Assembly: GCA_026993645.1 (NCBI GenBank) | Contig: JALWSQ010000229.1 | Coordinates: 1-42,202, forward strand | Direction of reading: 5' to 3' | DNA: 42,202 bases | Origin: Thiohalobacter sp. | GTDB lineage: Bacteria > Pseudomonadota > Gammaproteobacteria > Thiohalobacterales > Thiohalobacteraceae | Shown: positions 35,486-42,202 of the stretch, in pieces | Layout: every line of letters begins with the position of its first letter | Numbering within the stretch: the first letter of the stretch is position 1 | Notes under the pieces: generated by a model | What the model was told of the DNA's origin: nothing | Databases searched by the model: none | The model's input: the letters and a program-made list of their open reading frames with translations, nothing else | Position numbers and translations under genes: made by a program

Positions 35486-35584
35486 GCTATTTTCACCCAG
35501 AAGGTCGGACGTCGCAACACTGGGGGCTTCCGCCACCCCGGTGGGCCGACCAATAGACGATGTTTATGGGTAATTCAACTATGC

Positions 35585-36151
35585 TTATACCGACTCGGGC
35601 TCGCGCCACTTGATGGAACAGCCGATGCTCGGGATCTGCTGCTCCGGCCCCCGCCCCGTGCGCGCCACCTGGACCATGGCCTCGAACAGCTCCCGCCGCG
35701 CGTCCGGGGGTGCCGTCTCCTTGCGGCTGGCATCCAGCCGGCCCCGGTACTGGAGTTCGAGGTCCGCGTTGTAGCCGAAGAAATCCGGTGTACAAACAGC
35801 ACCATAGGCCCTGGCTACCGCCTGGGTCTGGTCCCACAGGTAGGGGAAGGGGAAATCGTACTCGCGGGCGACCCGCTGCATGTTCTCGAACGAATCCTCG
35901 GGATATTCCGTGGGATCGTTGGACATGATCGCAACGCTGCGGATGCCGTAATCCAGCAGTTCGCGGGTATCCCGCACCAAGCGTTCGCGGATGGCCTTGA
36001 CGTAGGGGCAGTGGTTGCAGATGAACATCACCAGCAGGCCCTTTTCTCCGCGACAGTCCTCCAGGGTCCAGATCCTGCCATCGGTGCCGGGCAACCGGAA
36101 ATCGATGGCCGGCTTGCCGAATTCACAGACGGGGGTCTCGAGACTCACCAT
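35585..36151 (-). CDS. Thioredoxin-fold thiol:disulfide oxidoreductase (AhpC/TSA-redoxin-like)
   Basis: GKPAIDFRLPGTDGR...LLVMFICNHCPYVKA contains a CxxC motif, followed by SNDP..YPEDSFENM...FPFPYLWD. Confidence 0.85.
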   Translation of the reverse strand: MVSLETPVCEFGKPAIDFRLPGTDGRIWTLEDCRGEKGLLVMFICNHCPYVKAIRERLVRDTRELLDYGIRSVAIMSNDPTEYPEDSFENMQRVAREYDFPFPYLWDQTQAVARAYGAVCTPDFFGYNADLELQYRGRLDASRKETAPPDARRELFEAMVQVARTGRGPEQQIPSIGCSIKWREPESV

Positions 36152-36312
36152 GACAATTCACCTCAGTTTCAAGAGCGGGGCATCGCCGGGGGAACTATAC
36201 TGTGCCGGCGCCGGCGCACCAAGCCGTCTCGCACCGTACGCCATTCTCTGCTAGAGTTCGGGGTTCGTTTCCGGCGTCTCCAACAAAGCATACCCGCATA
36301 CGGAACCCTGCC

Positions 36313-37488
36313 ATGACCGAAAGCTTCCTGTTCACCTCCGAATCCGTCTCCGAGGGCCACCCCGACAAGGTGGCCGACCAGATCTCCGACGCCGTGCTGG
36401 ACGGCCTGCTGGAACTCGACCCCACCTCCCGGGTGGCCTGCGAGACCCTGGTCAAGACCGGCATGGTGCTGGTGGCGGGCGAGATCACCACCGATGCCTG
36501 GCTCGACATCGAGCGGGTGGTGCGCCACACGGTGCGTGACATCGGCTACAACAGCTCGGACATGGGCTTCGACTGGGAATCCTGTGCCGTGATCAGCGCC
36601 ATCGGCAAGCAGTCGCCGGACATCGCCCGCGGCGTGGACGAGAGCGAGGAGCATGAACAGGGCGCCGGCGACCAGGGGCTCATGTTCGGCTACGCCACCG
36701 ACGAGACCGACGTCTACATGCCCGCGGCCATCACCTTCGCCCACCGCCTGGTGCAGCGCCAGGCCGAGGTACGCAAGGCAGGCACGCTGCCCTGGCTGCG
36801 CCCGGACGCCAAGAGCCAGGTCACTCTGCGCTACGAAAACGGGCGCCCGGTGGCGGTGGATGCCGTGGTGCTGTCCACCCAGCACGACCCGGAGGTGGAC
36901 AACCGCGCCCTGCGCGAGGCGGTCATGGACGAAATCATCCTGCCCATGCTGCCGGCGGAATGGATCACCCGCGACACCCGGTTCTACATCAATCCCACCG
37001 GCCGCTTCGTCATCGGTGGACCGGTCGGCGACTGCGGGCTCACCGGGCGCAAGATCATCGTCGACACCTATGGCGGCATGGCACGCCACGGCGGCGGCGC
37101 CTTCTCGGGCAAGGATCCGTCCAAGGTGGACCGGTCCGCCGCCTATGCCTGCCGCTACGTGGCCAAGAACATCGTGGCGGCAGGGCTGGCGGAACGCTGT
37201 GAGATCCAGGTGTCCTATGCCATCGGCGTGGCCGAACCCACCTCCATCAGCGTCAACACCTTCGGCACCGGCAAGCTGGCGGACAGCCGCATCGTGGAGC
37301 TGATCCGGGCCCACTTCGATCTCCGGCCCAAGGGACTGATCCGCATGCTCGACCTGCTGCGGCCCATCTACCGCGGCACCGCGGCCTATGGCCACTTCGG
37401 GCGCGAGGAACCCGAGTTCACCTGGGAGCGCACCGACAAGGTGGCGGACCTGCGGGCCGACGCCGGCCTGCCGGAACACGCCGCCTGA
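36313..37488 (+). CDS. metK: S-adenosylmethionine synthetase
   Basis: [30 protein letters not shown]...[12 protein letters not shown]...[20 protein letters not shown] set the start at ATG 36313. Confidence 0.95.
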   Translation: MTESFLFTSESVSEGHPDKVADQISDAVLDGLLELDPTSRVACETLVKTGMVLVAGEITTDAWLDIERVVRHTVRDIGYNSSDMGFDWESCAVISAIGKQSPDIARGVDESEEHEQGAGDQGLMFGYATDETDVYMPAAITFAHRLVQRQAEVRKAGTLPWLRPDAKSQVTLRYENGRPVAVDAVVLSTQHDPEVDNRALREAVMDEIILPMLPAEWITRDTRFYINPTGRFVIGGPVGDCGLTGRKIIVDTYGGMARHGGGAFSGKDPSKVDRSAAYACRYVAKNIVAAGLAERCEIQVSYAIGVAEPTSISVNTFGTGKLADSRIVELIRAHFDLRPKGLIRMLDLLRPIYRGTAAYGHFGREEPEFTWERTDKVADLRADAGLPEHAA

Positions 37489-37541
37489 ACGGTCGGCGCA
37501 ACGAGGAGCGGAACAACGCAAACCACTGAGGGGAAGAACGG

Positions 37542-38960
37542 ATGGCGACACGAGCCGCAGAGACATTGAACCCGGATTGCAAGGTGGCGGATATCGGCCT
37601 GGCCGAGTGGGGCCGCAAGGAGATCACCATCGCCGAGACGGAGATGCCCGGCCTGATGGCCCTGCGCCAGAAATACGCGGCGGACCAGCCGCTGGCCGGC
37701 GCCCGCATCGCCGGCAGCCTGCACATGACCATACAGACGGCGGTGCTGATCGAGACCCTGGTGGCCCTGGGCGCCGAGGTGCGCTGGGCCTCCTGCAACA
37801 TCTTCTCCACCCAGGACCATGCCGCCGCGGCCATCGCCGCCCGCGGTATCCCGGTGTTCGCCTACAAGGGCGAGAGCCTGGACGAGTACTGGGCCTTCAC
37901 CCACCGCATCATGGAATGGGCCGACGGCGGCACCCCCAACATGATCCTCGACGATGGCGGTGACGCCACCCTGCTGATCCACCTGGGCAGCCGGGCGGAG
38001 CAGGATCCGACCCTGCTGGACAACCCCGGGAGCGAGGAGGAGGTCGCCCTGTTCAGCGCCATCCGGACACGGCTGGCCGAGGATCCCCACTGGTACTCCA
38101 ACATCCGCGACCGGATCCGCGGCGTGACCGAGGAGACCACCACCGGCGTCCACCGCCTGTACCAGATGGAGGAGCGGGGCGAGCTGCCGTTCCCCGCCAT
38201 CAACGTCAACGACTCGGTGACCAAGTCCAAGTTCGACAACCTCTACGGCTGCCGCGAGTCGCTGGTGGACGGCATCAAGCGCGCCACCGACGTGATGATC
38301 GCGGGCAAGATCTGCGTGGTCCTGGGTTACGGTGACGTGGGCAAGGGCTGCGCCCAGTCGCTGCGTGGCCTGGGGGCCACGGTCTGGGTCACCGAGATCG
38401 ACCCCATCTGCGCCCTGCAGGCCGCCATGGAGGGTTATCGCGTGGTCACCATGGAGGAGGCGGCACCGCTGGCGGACATCTTCGTCACCGCCACCGGCAA
38501 CTACCACGTCATCCAGCACGACCACATGGCCGCCATGAAGAACGAGGCCATCGTCTGCAACATCGGCCACTTCGACAACGAAATCGATGTGGCCAGCCTG
38601 CGCAACTACACCTGGGAGAACATCAAGCCCCAGGTCGATCACGTCGTCTTCCCCGACGGCAAGCGCATCATCCTGCTGGCGGAAGGCCGGCTGGTGAACC
38701 TGGGCTGTGCCACCGGCCATCCCAGCTTCGTCATGTCCAATTCCTTCACCAACCAGGTACTGGCCCAGATGGAGCTGTTCAACCACCCGGAGAACTACCA
38801 GCGCCGGGTCTACGTGCTGCCCAAGAAGCTGGACGAGGAGGTGGCCCGCCTGCACCTGGACCGTATCGGGGCCCACCTGTCCCGGTTGCGGCCGGACCAG
38901 GCCGAGTACCTGGGCATCCCGGTGGATGGCCCCTACAAGCCAGACTACTATCGGTATTGA
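37542..38960 (+). CDS. ahcY: Adenosylhomocysteinase
   Basis: [27 protein letters not shown]...[12 protein letters not shown]...[18 protein letters not shown]...[10 protein letters not shown]...YYRY at the C-terminus. 472 aa. Confidence 0.95.
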   Translation: MATRAAETLNPDCKVADIGLAEWGRKEITIAETEMPGLMALRQKYAADQPLAGARIAGSLHMTIQTAVLIETLVALGAEVRWASCNIFSTQDHAAAAIAARGIPVFAYKGESLDEYWAFTHRIMEWADGGTPNMILDDGGDATLLIHLGSRAEQDPTLLDNPGSEEEVALFSAIRTRLAEDPHWYSNIRDRIRGVTEETTTGVHRLYQMEERGELPFPAINVNDSVTKSKFDNLYGCRESLVDGIKRATDVMIAGKICVVLGYGDVGKGCAQSLRGLGATVWVTEIDPICALQAAMEGYRVVTMEEAAPLADIFVTATGNYHVIQHDHMAAMKNEAIVCNIGHFDNEIDVASLRNYTWENIKPQVDHVVFPDGKRIILLAEGRLVNLGCATGHPSFVMSNSFTNQVLAQMELFNHPENYQRRVYVLPKKLDEEVARLHLDRIGAHLSRLRPDQAEYLGIPVDGPYKPDYYRY

Positions 38961-39035
38961 GTGAGGAGTGAGGAGTGAGGCGTGAGGAGTGAGGAGGGTA
39001 TTCCCCTTCCTAACCCCTCACCCCTCACCCCTCAC
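38961..39035. repeat. Heptamer tandem repeats forming a long imperfect hairpin (ahcY-metF spacer)
   Basis: Five tandem GTGAGGA/C units (38961-38995) face three CCCCTCA units (39014-39034). By hand alignment about 19 of 22 positions are complementary, with one mismatch per heptamer. Confidence 0.7.
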
Positions 39036-39043
39036 TATATTTC

Positions 39044-39889
39044 ATGGAATCGCAGAAGAGACGCCCGCGGGCCTACAGCTTCGAATTCTTTCCGCCCAAG
39101 ACCGACGAGGGCCGGACCCGGCTCCAGGCCGTGCTCGCGGAACTGGGGGCACTGAAACCCGCCTTCTTCTCCGTCACCTTCGGTGCCGGCGGCAGCACCC
39201 AGGAAGGCACCTTCGAGACGGTGCGGGCCATCAGCGCGGCCGGCCACGAGGCCGCCCCGCACCTGTCCTGCATCGGCTCGACCCGGGAGAGCATCGCCGC
39301 CATCCTCGACCGCTACCGCGAGGCGGGTATCCGCCGTATCGTGGCCCTGCGCGGCGACATGCCCTCGGGCATGCACGAACCCGGTGCCTTCCGCCATGCC
39401 AACGAACTGGTCGGCTTCATCCGCGAGCACACGGGGGATCACTTCCACATCGAGGTGGCCGCCTATCCCGAATTTCATCCCCAGGCACCGGACGCCTGGC
39501 GTGACCTGGACAACTTCCGGCGCAAGGTCGAGGCCGGGGCCGACAGCGCCATCACCCAGTACTTCTTCAATCCCTACGCCTATTTCCACTTCATCGACAG
39601 CTGCGAGCGGCGGGGTATCGACATCCCGGTGGTGCCGGGCATCATGCCCATCACCAACCATGCCCAGCTGGCCCGCTTCTCCGATGCCTGCGGGGCGGAG
39701 ATACCGCGCTGGATCCGCAAGCGGCTCGAGGCCTACGGCGACGACCTGGCCTCGCTGCGCGCGTTCGGCACCGAGGTGGTGACCGAGCTCTGCGCCATCC
39801 TGCTGCAGGAGGGGGCACCGGGGCTTCATTTCTATACCATGAACCGGGCCGAACCCACGCTGGCGATCTGGCACAACCTGGGGCTCTGA
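39044..39889 (+). CDS. metF: 5,10-methylenetetrahydrofolate reductase
   Basis: YSFEFFPPKTDEG...FFSVTFGAGGST...APHLSCIG...VALRGD...AAYPE.HPQA. 281 aa. No obvious SD precedes ATG 39044. Confidence 0.92.
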   Translation: MESQKRRPRAYSFEFFPPKTDEGRTRLQAVLAELGALKPAFFSVTFGAGGSTQEGTFETVRAISAAGHEAAPHLSCIGSTRESIAAILDRYREAGIRRIVALRGDMPSGMHEPGAFRHANELVGFIREHTGDHFHIEVAAYPEFHPQAPDAWRDLDNFRRKVEAGADSAITQYFFNPYAYFHFIDSCERRGIDIPVVPGIMPITNHAQLARFSDACGAEIPRWIRKRLEAYGDDLASLRAFGTEVVTELCAILLQEGAPGLHFYTMNRAEPTLAIWHNLGL

Positions 39890-39903
39890 CCCGCGGCGCC
39901 ACC

Positions 39904-40635
39904 ATGCGCATCCCGCGCCTCCGCTGCACCGCCCTCGCCGAACCCGGCACCCGGCTGGCACTGGATGCCGAGGCCAGTCACCGGATCCTGCGGGTCCTGC
40001 GCCTGGCACCAGGCGCCGAGGTCGTGCTGTTCGACGGCAGCGGCATCGAGGCCCGGGCGCGGCTGGCCTCCCTCGACCCGGCCGGCGTCGACCTGGAGAT
40101 CCTGGAACGGCGACCGGGCCTGCCCCCGTCCCCGCTGCGCGTGACCCTCGTCCAGGGCCTGGCGCGGGGCGAGCGCATGGACTACAGCATCCAGAAGGCG
40201 GTGGAACTCGGGGTGGCGGCCATCCAGCCGCTGCTCACCCGCTACAGCCAGGTGCGGCTGCGGGGGGAGCGCCTGGAGCGACGCCTGGCGCACTGGCGCG
40301 GCATCGTGGTCGGGGCCTGTGAACAGTGCGGGCGCAGCGACATCCCGCCCGTGCATCCGCTGTTGCCCTTCGATGCCTGGCTGGAACAGACCGGCACACC
40401 GGGGTACTACCTGGATCCGGCCGGCCGGGTGCCGCTGGCGGAGGCCGGCGACCCGCCGCAATCGATCGACCTCCTGATCGGGCCGGAGGGCGGGCTGGCG
40501 ACGGAAGAGAGGGAACGGCTGCAGGCGGCGGGCTGGACCGGGCTGCGCCTGGGGCCGCGCATCCTGCGGACCGAAACCGCCGGCATCGCTGCCCTGGCGG
40601 GGATGCAGCTCCTCTGGGGTGATCTCGGCGGCTGA
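39904..40635 (+). CDS. rsmE: 16S rRNA (uracil1498-N3)-methyltransferase RsmE
   Basis: MRIPRL..., H.ILRVLRL..G..V.LFDG, a SPOUT-type C-terminus LLIGPEGGLATEE and LGPRILRTETAGIAAL. Confidence 0.9.
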   Translation: MRIPRLRCTALAEPGTRLALDAEASHRILRVLRLAPGAEVVLFDGSGIEARARLASLDPAGVDLEILERRPGLPPSPLRVTLVQGLARGERMDYSIQKAVELGVAAIQPLLTRYSQVRLRGERLERRLAHWRGIVVGACEQCGRSDIPPVHPLLPFDAWLEQTGTPGYYLDPAGRVPLAEAGDPPQSIDLLIGPEGGLATEERERLQAAGWTGLRLGPRILRTETAGIAALAGMQLLWGDLGG

Positions 40636-40638
40636 GCC

Positions 40639-41100
40639 TCAGGCCGCGGAATCCCGGCTGCCGAGGAGATGGCGTTCCAGGGCAGACAGATCGGGCAGCA
40701 GCACCCGTTGCCCCTGGTAATCCAGGGTCAGGCCCGCCCCCGGTATCCCGTCCCCGGCGGGCGTCAGGGCGCCTTCGACCACCCGCTCCAGCCGCGGCGG
40801 CGCGGCCACCACCAGGGCATAGAAACCGGGCGACATCCGGCCGGACAGGGTGTTCATGACCAGCACCGTCACCGGTCCACCGGGGACATGGAAGGTCGCG
40901 CCCTGGTAGCGCTCCAGCGCCACCACCGGCAGCGCCAGGCCACGCCATTGCAGGCTGCCCACCAACCAGTCGGGATCACCCTCGGCCCAGGCGACCTCTG
41001 CCTGCGGCACCACCTCGGCCACCGCCACGTTGGGCAGCAGAAGCTTGCCCTCCTGCAACTCGACCACCAGGCTCTGTACCGCATCTCTATCTGTCGACAT
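40639..41100 (-). CDS. CheW-like coupling protein (ChpC/PilI-like)
   Basis: 153-aa single CheW-like domain (LLLPNVAVAEVV...WRGLALPVVALE...VLVMN). It follows the cheB-like gene. Confidence 0.8.
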   Translation of the reverse strand: MSTDRDAVQSLVVELQEGKLLLPNVAVAEVVPQAEVAWAEGDPDWLVGSLQWRGLALPVVALERYQGATFHVPGGPVTVLVMNTLSGRMSPGFYALVVAAPPRLERVVEGALTPAGDGIPGAGLTLDYQGQRVLLPDLSALERHLLGSRDSAA

Positions 41101-41127
41101 TCCGGGTCCTCTCCATCGTCCTTTGTT

Positions 41128-42117
41128 TCACGCGCCGGCGGTCACCGGCTGCAGCTCGGCGACCAGCTGTCTCGCCAGTTCCTCGGGTGTACCGGAACGG
41201 GACACGAGACCCGCACGGCGTACCGCGTCCGGCATGCTGCCGATGGCAGCACTGGCGCTGTCCTGGGCCCAGACCAGGCCACCGTGGTCGCGTAGCACCC
41301 GGGCCCCGCGCAGGCCGTCCTGGCCCATCCCGCTGAAGACGATGGCCCCGGCGCCGGCCCCGTAGCACTCGCCGACCGTCGCGAAGACATCGTCGATACT
41401 GGGCCGCAGGGATCCCGCGGCCGGCTCCGCCGCCAGCTGGATCTCACCCGCCGGCGTCAGCCGGAAAGACCGGTCCACCGGTACCACCAGGACCTCTCCC
41501 ATCCGCAACCGTTCACCCGGGCTGGCCGCCCGCACCGGAAGCGCCGCATCCCGGCCGAGCTGTTCCACCAACAGGGGCAACATGCCGGGTCCCATGTGCT
41601 GGGCCAGGATGAATCCGGCCTCCACTGCCGCCGGCAGCCCGCCCAGGAAGCGGGTCAGGGCATCCGGCCCGCCGAGGGAGGCCCCCAGTGCCCAGACCCG
41701 GGGTGATCCCTCCGCATGCCCCGGTGTCAGGGGTCTCGCCAGGGTAGCCGGGCCTTCCCCTTCCCCCGCCGACCTGGTCACCCCGGGGCCCGCCACCCGG
41801 GCCAGTGCGTCCAGCTTGCGGGCCATGATCCCGTGCCAGTCCATCTCCGCCCGCACCGGTCCCTCGTTGAACAGCACCGGGCAGGGCGCCTGACGCAGGA
41901 GCCGTTCACACTGGTCCACCCCGCCACTCAGGGCGGGCAGGTCCACCAGGATCAGGTCCGCCGGCCTGGCTCCCAGCCGTTCCGGATCGAAACCCGCCAG
42001 CGCGCCGTCCCAGACGACCTCCAGCCCCCGTTGCCCGGCCAGCGCCCGTTGCAACGCCGACCGACGCTCGGGATCGTCCGCCAGCAGGGCCACGTGCAGC
42101 GGGGCGCGTTCAGGCAT
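41128..42117 (-). CDS. cheB: Protein-glutamate methylesterase CheB/ChpB (REC + CheB_methylest)
   Basis: Receiver-like N-terminus (LLADDP, LILVDL). The methylesterase domain carries the catalytic residues in context: ALGASLGGPDAL (Ser), LAQHMGPG (His), SGMGQDGL (Asp). Confidence 0.88.
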   Translation of the reverse strand: MPERAPLHVALLADDPERRSALQRALAGQRGLEVVWDGALAGFDPERLGARPADLILVDLPALSGGVDQCERLLRQAPCPVLFNEGPVRAEMDWHGIMARKLDALARVAGPGVTRSAGEGEGPATLARPLTPGHAEGSPRVWALGASLGGPDALTRFLGGLPAAVEAGFILAQHMGPGMLPLLVEQLGRDAALPVRAASPGERLRMGEVLVVPVDRSFRLTPAGEIQLAAEPAAGSLRPSIDDVFATVGECYGAGAGAIVFSGMGQDGLRGARVLRDHGGLVWAQDSASAAIGSMPDAVRRAGLVSRSGTPEELARQLVAELQPVTAGA

Positions 42118-42202
42118 GGACCGCCCGTTGCTCGAGCATTTCGCGTATCAGGGCCAAGAGTTCGTGCTCCTGGTAGGGCTTGCCCAGGTATCGGTCGACA
42201 CC
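42110..42202 (-). CDS. 3' end of a receiver-domain protein, probably the C-terminal REC of a CheA/ChpA-type hybrid kinase (rest outside window)
   Basis: The minus-strand frame is open to the window edge: GVDRYLGKPYQEHELLALIREMLEQRAVHA*. D.YL.KP is the receiver beta5 signature. Its stop overlaps the cheB start (ATGCCTGA). Confidence 0.6.
   Translation of the reverse strand, partial: GVDRYLGKPYQEHELLALIREMLEQRAVHA

Noticed and set aside
35240-35536. 98-aa minus-strand ORF (and 34723-35553) in the tkt upstream gap
   Set aside because: The translations are Ala/Gly/Arg/Pro-rich with no motif or RBS, and 34723-35553 overlaps the tkt coding frame. I treat the gap as non-coding.
37489-37541. Possible SAH riboswitch in front of ahcY, because of a CGAGGAGCG string
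   Set aside because: The spacer is only 53 nt. It lacks the partner elements I remember from the SAH riboswitch consensus (the GCCAGGCUCGG and AACGGCGCUC segments). The 160-nt metK leader (36152-36312) also shows no convincing SAM- or SAH-element features by eye. A covariance-model scan would settle it.
38961-39035. Heptamer repeat tract considered as a CRISPR array or a coding low-complexity extension of ahcY
   Set aside because: The repeat unit is 7 nt with no spacers, so it is not CRISPR. It starts after the ahcY TGA, and AhcY already ends with its conserved YYRY C-terminus.

Overview
High-GC, gene-dense chromosomal segment with strong GC3 codon bias, about 38 protein-coding genes, and no rRNA, tRNA, CRISPR array or mobile element that I can see by eye. 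Gene content suggests a gammaproteobacterial sulfur-oxidising chemolithoautotroph (Ectothiorhodospiraceae/Thioalkalivibrio-like); that is inference only. Left to right: 3' end of nfi; a translationally coupled minus-strand operon (PfkB kinase, BASS symporter, ABC-2 ATPase, ABC-2 permease); a roughly 1230-aa protein with two cNMP-binding domains, a rhodanese domain, a very long coiled coil and a C-terminal TM anchor; an NTF2-like protein; an HU with a Lys/Ala-rich tail; TerB-like; GspB/ExeB and ExeA; a structured 685-bp intergenic region; an alpha/beta hydrolase; split class II RNR (nrdJa/nrdJb) with NrdR boxes; a sigma32-type hsp20-cbpA-cbpM operon; cbbQ/norQ followed by a CbbO/NorD-type VWA gene with an in-frame methyltransferase-like N-terminal module; divergent qmoA-qmoB-hdrC-hdrB; the tkt-gap-pgk-pyk-fba cluster; a thioredoxin-like gene; metK-ahcY-metF; rsmE; and the end of a Chp/Che cluster (CheA/ChpA REC tail, cheB, cheW). 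Most of this is core metabolism. The items I rate most worth follow-up are the MTase-CbbO fusion with its orphan CbbQ next to Qmo/Hdr, the cNMP-rhodanese-coiled-coil membrane protein, heptamer-repeat hairpins at two intergenic loci, and the palindrome-rich regulatory regions. All calls come from reading the translations and sequence by eye. No searches were run.
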